From: Camelus dromedarius
Taxonomy: Eukaryota
NCBI RefSeq assembly: GCF_036321535.1
Contig: NC_087436.1
Location: 116,438,001-116,502,000, forward strand
Direction of reading: 5' to 3'
DNA: 64,000 bases
The position numbers and the translations under genes were made by a program. This document shows positions 48,511 through 61,099 of this stretch, in pieces. Every line of letters starts with the position of its first letter. Positions within the stretch are counted from its first letter, which is position 1. The notes under the pieces were generated by a model, which was not told the DNA's origin, did not search any database, and was given only the letters and a program-made list of their open reading frames with translations.

Positions 48511-50359
48511 CTGGTGGAAAGAGGATGTCATTAATTAATGACATTTTCCTTTATTGCCTTCCAAGCAAGCTGCCGCAGCTCTTACTTCAATATCCCAATG
48601 AGACTCTCCAACCTGGCTGCTGAAAATGTGAGCCACACACTTTCTCCAAGCAAATAAATACTTAACATGGTGGTTTCCTCCTCTGTTGCTTGAGTTCACC
48701 TCAATTCCCAGAGCTTGGTTTCTCTTTCAGACATAAGAGAATCCAATGTCTGCCCTTGAAAGTGGGTAGCAAGCTCGGTACCATCATCCAAGCCTGGGGG
48801 AGACCTGGGGCTCAGTTGAAAACAGGCAGCTAGACCAAACTTTGCCATAAGAAATTTCCAGTTGTCCAGTGCCAAAGAAGTTCTTTTGTACCAACTACTC
48901 ACCAGCCCTTATGCTAGGCTCCAAGGACCTGAAAATGAACCATCCATGGACACCACTCTGGAAGGTTTTATAATCCAGTTGATGAGATAAATACATAAAT
49001 AAATATTGACAAAGTTGAGTGCTTTGCCAGAATTCTACCCAATGTGCCCTGGGAGCACAGCGCAGGGGCACACGACTCAAGTTGGAGAGAGTGGAGAAGA
49101 TGGCATTGGAGCTGAGTCTCGGGAGATGAGGAGGAATTTCTCATCTGCTAAAGAGGAGCAGGAAGGGGTTCCAGGGAGATGGAATGGCATGGGCAAAGTC
49201 CTGATGTTTTCTCTGTTGAAAGGAGGAGTTTTGTATTTAAGACATGAGGCAAGCAGGGCTAGCGGGACAAATAGTGGACAGACTTGTGTGCCAGGATCAG
49301 AAGCTTGGTTTTTATTCTAAACACAAGGAAGGGAAGAAAAAACCTTGCAAAAGAGCATATGAATCAAGTTCTCGATTTAACCTAAGAAAAATTTACTTAG
49401 TACTCATCCTCAAGTTTATTTTTTAATTTTGTTTTGCATTTCTATCTTCCTTCTTTCCTTCACTCCTTCTTTAATGTATATTTTATTCTCCACCAGGCTG
49501 TAAGTTCTTTGAGAAAGCATGTGTGTGTCTTACACATCTCTGCTTCATAACAACACTTAGCAAAGTGCTTGGCATATAACAAGGTGCTTAACAATTGTTG
49601 AAAGAATTGAAATAAGGGGTGACTTCCATTAAGCACATGTTAGAGGTTTTAAGAATGTGTTCTCCTTAATTTTCATGACACTACATGACTTAGGTATGAT
49701 TATTTTCCCGTCTTTACATGTAAATAAGTTAGAGCTCAAGGATGACAAGTAACAATCCCAGGGGCACAAATGCTGCATGCATTTACTAATGTGTAGAAAT
49801 GTCAGGACTCAACCCTGGGTCTGTGTGATGACAATAACTGTGCTTTTAAACATTGTGCTATATATGTGACCTCAGGTTGGGAATCCTGGGGTTGGTTTTA
49901 TCCTGCACACACTCATCAGCAGCCTCACTGAAGAAGAAATCAGCCAAAAATGGGTCTCTGAAGGCAAAATAAATCAAAATAAAGTGTGTGCTGCAGCCTA
50001 TGCACTTCTCTAAGGAGAATCTCTCAGAGCCATTCTCTTTAGCTGTGGAGACAGATGGACAATGTTGGGTAAACAAGATGTCTGAAGTTTGACTACTGAT
50101 GTATCTATTTCATCACTGTATGACAACTGAAATAAATGTGATTAGGTTTGCACCAATAAACCGTCAGGCTGTTTGTTCCAGGGAAATTTATGCTCAGTAC
50201 GTTTGGTGCGGTGAGTACGTACGTGTCGGTGCTGTGCTGGGTATTGCCCTCACTCAATCACCTAATAAACATGTGTGCAGAGCTCATTCAGACCCAGCTC
50301 TGGCCAAGTGTGATCACACGGAGATCAATAAGACAATGAACAGGAGTGCATGCAGAACA

Positions 50360-52045
50360 CTGGCTAAGGGTTTGTGGATTTTGTTTATCTTTTCAATAAA
50401 CCAACTCTTAGTCTAGTTGATTTTTTTTAACTGACTTTCTATTCTCTCTTTCACTTATTTATGCCCTAGCCTTTATTATTTCCTTTCTTCTGCTAATTTT
50501 GGGCTTAGTTTGTTCCTCTTTTTCTGGTTCCTTGAGGTGTAAAATTAGGTTATTTATTTGAGATCTTTCTTGTTTTTAACTGTAGATGTTCCTCACTATA
50601 AACTTCCCTCTTAATACTTTTTAACTGAATCCCTTAAGTTTTGGAATGTTGTGTTTTCATTTTCAGTTGTCTTGAGGTATTTCTTAACGTCCCTGTTAAA
50701 AAGTTTCCTCTTTGACCCACTGGTTGTTCAGGAATGTGTTGTTTAGTTTCCACATATTTATGAACTTTCCTATTTTCTGACTGTTATTCTAGACTTCCAG
50801 TTTCATTCAATTGCTGTCAAAAAAAAAAAAATGTACTTGGTACGATCTTGATCCTCCTAAATTTGTTAAGACTTGTTTTGTGACCTCATACGCCACCTAT
50901 ACTGAAGCATGTTCCGTGTGTTCTCGAGAAGAGTGTGTACAGGCACGTCTCATTTTATTGCTCTTCACAGATACTGTATTTTTTTTTTTAGAAATTGATG
51001 GTTTGTGGCAACCCTACGTGGAGCAGGTCTATTGGCATCATTTTTCCAACAGCATGTGCTTACTTAGTGTCTCGATGTCCCATTTTGGTAATTCTAGCAA
51101 TGCTTCAAGTGTTGTCATTATGATTATATCTCTTACGGCGATCTGTGATCAGTGGTCTTTGATGTTACCGTTACCATTGTTTTGGGGTGCCACAAGACAC
51201 CATCTAAGACACTGAAGTTAACTGAGAAGTGCTGTGTGTGTTGTGACTGCTCCACCGACTGCTCCGCCAACCAGCCATTCCTCTGTATCTCTCTTTGCCA
51301 AGACCTCTCTATTACCTGATACACAACAATACTGAAATTAGGCCAATTAATAATCCCAACCCTACAATGGCCTCTAAGTGTTCAAATGAAAGGAAGACTC
51401 AATTGATGCAGCAAATTTTTTTGGTGTCTTAGTTTAAGAAATTGCCACAGTCACCCCATCCTGATCACACAGCAGCCATCAACACTGAACTAAAATTTTC
51501 CACCAGAAAAATATTATGACTCACTGAAGTTTCAGATGATGGTTAGCATTTTTTAGCAACAAAGTATTTTTAATTAAAGTATACACATTGTTTTTTTAGA
51601 AATAATATTATTGAACACCTAACTGATGACAATATAGTATAAATGCAATTTTTATATGCATTGGGAAACCAAAATTCTTGTGACACACTTTATTGCAATA
51701 TTTGTTTTATTGTGATGATCTGGAACCAAACCTGCAATATTTCTGAAATATGCTGGTATTCTGCTGTTAAGTGGAAAGTTCTGAATATGTCTGTTGTGTT
51801 CATTTGATCTATAGCATTGTTCAAGTTCACCTTTTATTAACTTTCTCTCTAGGTGTTCTAACCATTATTGAAAGTGAAATATTGAAGTCTCCTATTGTTA
51901 TTGTATTTCTGTCAGTTCCTCTCTTCAGATCTGTCAATATTTGCTTTGCATATTTAGGTGCTCTAATGATATATACATATTTATTTATAACTGTTACACC
52001 TTCCTGTTGACTTGAACTTTTTTCATTATATAATAACTTCTTTGT
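50360..52045 (-). mobile_element. L1M ORF2 5' fragment (endonuclease domain), split by Tigger1
   Basis: ORF 51827-52231(-) contains APKYAKQILTDLK...TITIGDFNISLSIM (L1 EN GDFN motif); halves rejoin as gagaagagtgtgta|ttctgctg. Confidence 0.9.
50940..51756 (+). mobile_element. Tigger1 internal-deletion derivative (Tigger1a-like, TcMar)
   Basis: TA TSDs at 50938-50939 and 51757-51758; TIRs caggcacgtctc / gaaatatgctgg; transposase start MASKCSNERK at 51367 fused to the C-terminal segment. Confidence 0.92.
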
Positions 52046-52399
52046 AGAACTATAAACAACCACTGTAGTTATGACAGGAAAGAAACTTGACTGGAGGATG
52101 AGGGAATTCTTCACAGAGAAGGTAGAAAATAAACCAGGATTGGGGAATGAGTAGGAGTTTGCCAGAATGACATTAAAAGAATAATCGAGATTTGCCTTGA
52201 TTGGTTGAATCCTTGGCTTTTTAAATTCCATTTACAGGACCTGTCAACCCATTCACTAGTTTTAACACCTGAGAATAGCTGAAGTCCAACCAGCTTCTGA
52301 ACTTCTTTGCATCTCAGAGCATTAGGACCACAGCTCTCTTTATGAGGACAACGTAGGGTGTATAAGGGATGTTTGCTGTATGTGTGTGTGTGTGCATGT

Positions 52400-52905
52400 A
52401 CTTAGGTCATCCAAAGTTTATTCTCTTTTCTTGTGATAAAAGGACCTTGATTTTGTTAGGGCTTCCAATCCGCTGTCACTCTTCATCAGAGTGTTTTAGG
52501 TAAGTCTAACACTGTGCCCAAGCCAGGGAATCAGGCCCAACCAATCGGGCAGTCCAGTTCCTTTCATCACAGTGATTGGTTCAGGGATGAGCAAGTCATC
52601 ACCTCAGAATCAATGGTATTCAGTGAGATTTGTGCTGAGTCTCCTAGGAAGTAAACTTTTGTTCTGATTCTGTAGGCGTGGAACCTGAGAGGAGGTGGGG
52701 ACCAAAATGGCTACTTCTATCTGACAGAGAACAAAGTCCTACCCATCAAAGTCACAGCTAAAATACAGAAGAGCTGAATCTTGGTGGTGTTATTTGATCC
52801 TGACTGGAGACAAATTTGAGTTTTAGCTACCCTACTGGGGTCTCCTTTTACGTTGAGACAACACATTCCCTTTTCACTTAGAACAATAAATGTCCTGCCA
52901 AATAC
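52400..52905 (+). mobile_element. Old MaLR LTR (MLT1K/L-like)
   Basis: cacagtgattggttcagggatgagcaagtca...aacacattcccttttcacttag. Confidence 0.6.
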
Positions 52906-53224
52906 TGTGTGTATTTTTGAAGGGCCATTGCTTCACATAGCAAAAAATAGATATTTGGCCAACAGGGAACCATACAAATACGTTTTTCTGCTTATGAGCT
53001 CTCATAGTGATGTGGTGAAATGTCCTCTTAGAGTGAGAGAGGCTTTGGATTTACAGGTTTTTCCAACTATAATATCTCCTGTTAAGATCCCAACTATGCC
53101 AACAATTACCTGTGAGTTTTTTACTTTAAGGAAAACTATCCCCTATGCAGCACTTAGCCCCCAACCTTTCTGTTTCCTCTACAAAGTTGTAATATATTGC
53201 TTGTATCTTTTGGCTTTTCTCTGT

Positions 53225-53741
53225 TTTTTCATTCATTATTTTTAGCATTTTTTTATTGAGTTATAGTCATTTTACAATGTTGTGTCAAATTCCAGTGTAG
53301 AGCACAATTTTTCAGCTGTACATGAAAGTACATATATTCATTGTCATATTTTTTTTTGCTGTGAGCTACCACAAGATCTTGTATATATTTTCCTGTGCTA
53401 TACAGTATAATCTTGTTTATCTAGTCTACATATGCCTGTCAGTATCTACAAATTTTGAAATCCCAGTCTGTTCCTTCCTATCCACCACCCCCTTGGCAAC
53501 CACAATTTTGTATTCTATGTCTGTGAATCTGTTTCTGTTTTGTATTTATGTTCATTTTTTTTAATTCCACATATAAGCGATCTCATATGGTATTTTTCTT
53601 TCTCTTTCTGACTTACTTTACTTAGAATGACATTCTCCAGGGACATCCATGTTGCTGCAAATGGTGTTATGCTGTCATTTTTATGGCTGAATAGTATTCC
53701 ATTGTATAAATATACCACATCTTCTTTATCCAGTCATCTGT
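53225..53741 (-). mobile_element. Young L1, 5'-truncated
   Basis: ORF 53515-53718(-) PFAATWMSLENVILSKVSQKEKEKYHMRSLICGI; reverse complement of the 47.8-kb copy. Confidence 0.93.
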
Positions 53742-53744
53742 GGG

Positions 53745-53927
53745 TTTTTTTAATTCTTTTAAATTTTTTTTATTGAAGTACAGTCAGTTACAATGTGTCA
53801 ATTGCTGGTGTGCAGCACAATGTCCTAGTCATGCATATACGTACATGTATTTGTTTTCATATTCTTTTTCATTAAAGGTTATTAACAAGATATTGAGTAT
53901 CATTTCCTGTTCTGTACAGAAGAAACC
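53745..53927 (-). mobile_element. L1 3' end, different subfamily
   Basis: ttttattgaagtacagtcagttacaatgtgtcaattgctggtgtgcagcac...ggttattaacaagatattgagtat. Confidence 0.8.
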
Positions 53928-53971
53928 TTCTTTTTTTCATTCTCCAGTTTTATTAGGTAGAATTGTTGCAA

Positions 53972-54114
53972 TTTTTATAACATTTTTATTGAGTTATAGT
54001 CAGTTTACAATGTTGTGTCAATTTCCAGTTTAGAGCACAATATTTCAGTTATACATGAACATACATATATTCATTGTCACATTCTTTTTCACTGTGAGCT
54101 ACCACAAAATCTTG
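53972..54114 (-). mobile_element. Young L1 3' end (short)
   Basis: catttttattgagttatagtcagtttacaatgttgtgtcaatttccagtttagagcacaa...ctgtgagctaccacaaaatcttg. Confidence 0.88.
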
Positions 54115-54264
54115 GTATGCTTTCAAAATAAACAAAAAAGGTAAAGGACAGACATGAGCTCACTTCAGGAAATAATTTACTATTTCACATATTATAATTA
54201 AATTTAAAGGGGCATATTGGTTTTACTATCATCTACTGACTCCCAGCTATTCATGCTGGAGGTA

Positions 54265-54450
54265 CATTGTGTTGTAATAAAAAGAACTCTGGGGTTAGAA
54301 AGTTTTGGATGTAAGCTCAGACATCACCATTAATGTATGTGAAATCTTGAGCTGATCACTTAACCTCTTTGAGCCTCAGTTTTCTCATCTGATAGTGGGA
54401 ACAGTGCACCTCCTATGCATTGAAAGAATTGAAAGAATTCAACCCATGCT
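54265..54450 (+). mobile_element. MIR SINE
   Basis: atcacttaacctctttgagcctcagttttctcatctg. Confidence 0.8.
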
Positions 54451-54769
54451 TCATTTTCAGAGTGTCTGTCATGCTCATTTCTCTGTCAGTAGATTCTGTT
54501 GAGGACAATCTTCTGTGCCCTATGCAGCTAAGCAAAATGGATTGGACTAAGTGGGTGCATGTGCCTTACTCTGAAATAGCCAATCTATAGGCTTCTGATG
54601 ATTGAAAGAAGAGTCTGGTCTAGAGAAGAGGACCAGGGGAAATAAGATTCTTACTCAGAAGTTTATTTTTAAAAGTTTGGTGAAAATGAGGAGTTAACAA
54701 CAGGCTCTGAAACTAAAAATCACACTACAGAGAGAGAGACAGAGGAAGACTGAAATGATGGTTCATCAG

Positions 54770-55010
54770 TGTCCCTGTTTAGCTTCCTTTAAAAGCAGAG
54801 CCTGAGGCAAGGGTTTGGTGCAGGTGGTTTCCTTGGGAGATGATTCCAGGGAGTGTAAGGGGGAGAATAGGGCCAGTGAGACAGAGAAGGGAGAAAGGTA
54901 GAAAAGGGAGTGTTAATGCATGGATAATTGCTGTAAGAAACTTGTAAATTCTTTGGTGGGTGTTTCCTAAATTTCTCAAGTCTAGCATAAGTATAACCAC
55001 CCTCCATCCA
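54770..55010 (-). mobile_element. ERVL LTR16-like fragment
   Basis: aaaagcagagcctgaggcaagggtttggtgcaggtggtttccttgggagatgattccaggga. Confidence 0.75.
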
Positions 55011-56013
55011 TTTCACCCTCTAATTCTTATACCATAACACAGGAAATTGTATTTCATCTGCTTATTTAAATAGATCAGTAGGCTCTCATTAAATATTTGT
55101 TGAAGGAATGAATAAAGAAAGGAAAAACTGAGAAAGAATTGAGTAAGGAAAGAAAGAAAGGGACACCTATAGTGTACTTGGGTGAGGCTATTACAGAAAT
55201 CATGCAGAGATGCTTCAGGAAGCTGATGGTTGGTTGAGGAAGAGAGACAAGTATTATGAGGACCTGTTATGAAAGGGGAAGTACCCAAAGCTATGAGAGC
55301 ATAAACCACAATGATAAGATCTAGTTAGGGAGAGAGTCATGCTGGAGGAAGTGAAAAAAAAAAAAAAAAAAAACCTTCTTGAGAAGCTGTCGATGTCCAA
55401 AGGGATGGCTGATTAGATACCCTGAATGACTCTTCAAATGCCAACAGCTTAAAAGCTAAATAAGACAGAGAATATTTTGAAAATAGTTTTAATCACTGTC
55501 TCAGTTGGCAAGAAAGTAGGGCATTTGTAGAGGTCAAAAGCAGAGGTGAAAGTGAAAAATCTGAGGAGTGAGTGAGAACAAAGACAACTGCTCCTTGTGG
55601 GAATCTGCAGAGCCCCAGGGCTGTGCTGAAAACATGACAGCCTTCTACTGAAGTCAGCGGGGCAGCCAGACCTTTGTGGTACTTCTTTAAAACAACAACA
55701 ACAAAACCAAACAAAACACAAAACCCACTCTCTTCTTTTCTTTACACTTTGTGTCCTTTTTATGTTTAAGCTGAAAATGATTTATCACGGTTGTTACAAA
55801 TAATTGTGGACTTTTTCATCTCTTGTGAAATTTTGAGGTGGCCAAGTTGACATTCTGCTTTTAGTTCAATATCACTAGAAGGGAAGAATTCCAAAACAAG
55901 GCTTTAACTGAAAGATTCATGACCTATGTAGAATTAAATAGCTAAACATTCAATATATAAATATCTGTATATCTTAAGGTTATTTTGTTTAATGTTATCT
56001 AGCCTGGTGAACC

Positions 56014-57760
56014 CAGTGTAGGCAGTGCGAGTGATCCATCAAAGGGCAAGAAATAAAGTGATGTATTAAATATGGAGAATGTATAATAATAAAGATACTA
56101 ACTAAAGTCTGTTTGATTTTTTTAAAAATTGAAATATAGTTGATTTACAATGTTGTGTTAGTTTCAGGTGTACAACAAAGTGATTCAGTTATACATATAC
56201 ATATATATTATTTTTCAGATTCCTTTCCATTATAGATTATTACAAGATATTGAACATAGTTCCCTGTGCTATACAGTAGGTCCTTGTTGTTTATCTATTT
56301 TATATATAATAATGTGTATCTGTTAATCCAAACTCCTAATTTATCACCCCCCCACATTCCCCTTTGGTAACCATAAATATGTTTTCTATATCTGTGAGTC
56401 TGTTTCTGTTTTGCAAATAAGTTCATTTGTATCATTTTCTTAGATTCCACATATAAGTGATATCATATGATATGTCTTTCTCTGTCTGAATTACTTCACT
56501 TAGTATGATAATCTCTTGGTCCTGCCACCATTTGTTTTTTCATATTACCAAATGCCAGCAACTCTGCAAGGTTAGTGATAAAATACTCCTTGAAAAGGTC
56601 TTTTGTTGATCTAAGTTCTAAAAATTGTTGTGTCTAGTGCTGGATTTTAATAATGTAGATGTAAGTTTCATAGCAAGACATTTTTATTTGCTATCCTTCA
56701 ATAAATAAAAAACAAATTTACATGGGAGTTAATTTGAAGAACTCCCATTTGTACAGTGAACACCCCAAACCACAAGCTCAATTACATGCGTTTGTTAAGA
56801 GAGTAAGTTCTTAATGTTGTATCTCTGTGGTTTAAGACATGTGCCTGTATTTGAGCAGTAGATTTGAAACAATCAATGACAGCTGTATGAGATTTTCTCT
56901 TCTGAGTTATCTTTTCCTTTTGGTGTGAAGTTTTGTATGATGGGAAGAGTAGAAAATTATTGCAAATTATGAACATTTATATAGGAAAAAGAGTCAAATT
57001 TCAAAGAAGAATGCCAGCAGAAATAACAAAAGATGCTGCTGGCTGGTCTAATACCAGAAGAAATGTAAAAAGCAATGTTTGAATGCCTCCATCATTTTTA
57101 CCAAGACCTGACACTCCTTCTAAAGCAATGGACGAAATGATCTCAGGGTCTTCTATCATTCAGTCATTTCTCTGATATTTGCAGAAGAACATCTTTGAAA
57201 GTCTTTATCAAATATACTGAAATTTATAATAAATTATCAGGTGAAGTTATTTCAGTGGAAAAATTTTGCCTGCAGAAATATTTGAAAGCTATTAAAATCA
57301 ATTCCAATAGACACAGACAGTATTGCAATTTCTAGAATTTATTATTGATAAATTTTTGCCAAATTTAGCCTTACCTTTGAGATTTTTCCCATTTGTTTAT
57401 ATCAACTATTGCCTGTGAAGTAAATTTTCAAAAATTAAAATTAATAGAAAATATGCTTTCAACTACAAGCAAAGATACACAAATCTAACTGTACTGGGTG
57501 TGGAATGTAAGTGTTCAACGATCAGTTTTGATGAGGTAATTGATACATTTACATGTATATTAGGTAGATCAATAGTGTGAGTGCCAGTGCCGGAACTTGT
57601 AAATATCAACACTGTGATACAATCTAAATTCAACTGGTCTTCTGTGTTAATTCAATTTTTTTTGTAAATAGTTGTAGACCCAAGAAGAATATAATGTTCG
57701 ACCTCATCTTATGCAACTAAAATACCTTCATTTAATGTCTGTACAAACTGCCAAACTATT
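56014..57760 (+). mobile_element. hAT-Tip100 transposon fossil (Zaphod/MER115-like), split by L1
   Basis: gtgataaaatactcct...tcttttgttgatctaagttctaa resembles the Zaphod/MER115 5' part; decayed hAT dimerisation motifs ACEVNFQKLKLIENMLST (57411-57464) and ISFDEVIDTF (57521-57550). Confidence 0.75.
56117..56522 (-). mobile_element. L1 3' end (artiodactyl-type) inserted into the hAT fossil
   Basis: attgaaatatagttgatttacaatgttgtgttagtttcaggtgtacaac...tagattccacatataagtgatatcat...ttcacttagtatgataatctct; flanks tttgatttt / tttgttttt. Confidence 0.9.
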
Positions 57761-58009
57761 TCTCTGTGTAATCCTTCATAAGTATGGATTAATTGCTTTG
57801 TAACACAAGCATAATAGCTTTCACAGTCTCCACGTACAGGACCCAGGTTAGGTGGCTAGGAGTCACTCGCTTGCCGAGGGAGTGGTGGGGTCCATGCAGT
57901 TCTCAAATTGCAAAACTCTAGTGCTGTCAGTCACTTGTGTCATTGCCTTCATTTGCACATTTTGGTCTTGTTTCAGACGTCTGTTCTAGCCCTAGGAGCT
58001 TACAGAATT

Positions 58010-59010
58010 GTTCCAACGTCATCTAAATGTTTTATAGTTTTGTGTTTCATATTCAAGTCTTCAATCTACCTGGAATTGATTTTCATGCATTGGGTGATTT
58101 AGGGGTTCATTTATTTCCCTCATATTGATAACCCAGAGTCTTGGCACCATTTTTTGAAAAGTCTCTCCTTTCCCGACTGATTTGCAGGACCAGCTTTCCC
58201 ATAAATCAGGTTTCCATATCTGTCTGGGCTGTTGGTGAGTATTCTCATCTTTGTCCGTTTGTCTATGCCTAATATAGCTGTCACATAATACTCTAGCTTT
58301 ACAGTAGTTCATGATGCCTTCAAAGGAAGGGCCAAGCAGCCCATTTTTCTTCTTCATCTTGACTATTATTGACATGAACACTTCCAATTAGAGTTTTGGA
58401 TTTTAGCTTGTCAAGGTCTATAGAATACCTTATTGACCTCTTCATTGGAATTGCATTATGTCTATAGCTCAATTTGGGAAGAGGTCTGACATCTTTATAA
58501 TATCAAGTCTCTCTGTTCATTCTGTTAGGTCTTTAATATCTTTCAAGAGATTTTTGTAATTTTCACCATAACGAGCTTGTATGAATTTTATTGGACTTTT
58601 CCTAGGTGTTTTATGTGCTTAAATAGATAGGTAGATAGGTAAGTAGATAAATAGGTAGGTAGGCAGATAGGTATAGATGGGGTATGTGTGTGCATTTGAC
58701 TATTATGAATTTCAGGTTTTAAAGTTATAGCTTCAAACTCTGTATGTGGAATTCAACTCACTTTGGCATATTGATTTTATATTCAGAAAACTTGCTTTTA
58801 AAAAATTCTAATAATTAATCTTTTTTGATTTTTAAAAGATTTTCTACATAGGGAATCATATCTTATGTGTTAGTAATAAAAGTTTTGTTTCTTCCTTTCC
58901 AATCCTTATACATTTTGTTTCACTGTCTCGCCTTCCATGCTGGTCAGAACCACCAGCACAATATTCAGGTATAATTGGTGACCATACATTCTTGGCTTCC
59001 TCCGAATGGC
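58010..59010 (-). mobile_element. Ancient L1 (L1ME/M5) ORF2 fragment
   Basis: ttttatagttttgtgtttcatattcaagtct...ctggaattgatttt...attggaattgcattatgtctatag...gacatctttataatat...ttcttcctttccaatccttata. Confidence 0.75.
58622..58678 (+). repeat. Degenerate (TAGG/TAGA)n tetranucleotide repeat
   Basis: atagataggtagataggtaagtagataaataggtaggtaggcagatagg. Confidence 0.75.
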
Positions 59011-61099
59011 TTCTAAGACTTAGATAGTATTCTGTATCTTAATATAGCTGCATTATGAGTATAGCAATTTTCATGTTGTCATTTTTTAGTTGTTCATATT
59101 TATTGCATACACTTTTGTATTCTTTCTATATCAATATTTTTAAATTAAAAATAAAATTTTAAATGGAAACTTGGATAGAAATTAGACAACTAAGAGGAAG
59201 AGGACATTCTCAGGTGTTCAATCAGAAAGCAGAGGACAGGGATTGAGAGACAGCAAGCATGTGGCCATTGGGGTAACACTGTCAGAAAGAAGGGGCAACT
59301 GAACTTAACTCAAGTAGGCAGAGGGCAGGTTGTCAGGCCTTGAAGGAGGTTGATAGTATTGTCTCCTACTCCCATCCCCACTTCCACAGTTGCATGAGAA
59401 CAACCTCATGCAGGGAGAAGGCAGAAAGTCATCTATCTCCAATTTTAAAGGTAATGAAGACGTTGGCACCAATTCCAGGCCAGGCAATAGGTTGTAAGCA
59501 CCTGCCCTGCTAGGTCAAGATGAAGCCTGATCTGTTACTGATGTGGTCAGCAGAAAATGCAAGTGGGGAGTTTTAGAGCCACACACAGAGTAAAGGATGG
59601 GAGGTCGAAGGTCATGGCTTGGCTCTGACTTCCTTGCCAGCATTATCCCCAGCGTGATACTTCATCATTGGAGCTCCCCAAAGAGACCAGATTCTTTCAA
59701 AACTCTGGGCTGTGAACAGGCCCTTTCTTCTGTCTGGAGTGCCCAAACCTACATCAGTGAGCCCTTACTAATGTTTTCTAGCTCAGCTTAGATATTAGCA
59801 TCCTTGAGAAACTTTCCCTCATCTTTCCCCTACTTCTCCAAAGAAAGAACAATTCTTTCCCTATGTTGCTTCTTGTGTGTCTTGTAAGTATTCCTCTGGT
59901 TGTATTTGTTCTTGTTTACATGGGCAGTGCCTCTCTCTCCTCAAAGACGGTGAGACCCCAGTAATGCAGCCCCATATCATGTATGATTTTTGCCATGTGT
60001 TGGGAAATGTGCTAAGTGTTTTTCAAGAATTACTACATACCGGGTGTTCAAAAATTTCTTTTTATGTAGGGATTGGGAGTGGTTTGCCCAAACCCACAGA
60101 ACTAGTGAGAGGCAGACCCCAAATCTCCTCGCACTGATACCGTCACACCCTGACCTCCACCAAGCACAGGCATCACATGTAGTTTGATCTATGTGGACTC
60201 TTGGCACCTGCCCTCCGGATCTGAGCCCCTTTCTTAGTGGCAATGAATTTTCTAGATATTCAGTTCAGTGCTTTCAAAGCAACAAGCTTCCTTTAGTCAA
60301 TATAACCGGCTTCTCTAAGAATAACTACAGAGAGAGGGCTTTGCCATCCCAGGAAGCAAAAAGTGCCTGTAACCCAGCATTACTATTCTTAGACAAGAAG
60401 TGAAATAGTTCAGGAGAGGCCCCTGCAAGTTCATGTGCCTTCCAACTGTTTCCTTTTCATCTCACCCTTTGAGTCTGTTTGCTAAACTGTCAGGCTGGCC
60501 AGCCTGTCCACTGTTGTTCTACTGTCTGTGGACGTGTGCATGGGTGTGTGCATGTGCGTTTTTCATGTGTGTGAGTGTGCGTACGTGTGCTTTCCCTTTG
60601 ATGGGAACAAAACCTGTTTTCAAACAAAAGCAAGTTCATTTTCTTCCTTTCCTCTGAGGAGCACTGGAGTTCAGATCTGAAGCAGCTTAGCCTGCTTGGA
60701 CGCTGGATATTGTGGTTACGGAAGCCAGGTTTCAGAAAGGAACATGAAGGACAGACTTTCTCTCAACACCATGGCATATTTCAAGCTGGAATCATTTCAG
60801 GACATACTATAAAGGGAAGAGCATTGCATTTGGTATTAGAAGCACTGACAACTACTACTACTAAGGCTGGAGTTCATTAGTCTGTTTTCTTCCATATCTA
60901 TCCTGTGCCAAGTCGAGAGGTAAATGTGTCCTGTGGATTTCCTCAGTTCTTCTGCAAGTTGGTATCACATTCTGTGAAACAGAAACCTTACTGGCTTGTC
61001 CTGGGTGAAAAGAAATGGGAGAAAAAAAACGGAGTTGACCTCTGTCAATTCCTCTAGGGTTAGGTATCTTGTTAATGATGATGATCAGAATAATGATGA

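Noticed and set aside
60590..60820. TCF (cctttgat), RUNX (tgtggtt) and TATAAA motifs
   Set aside because: Scattered, without convincing promoter spacing; TATAAA runs into a MIR-like segment
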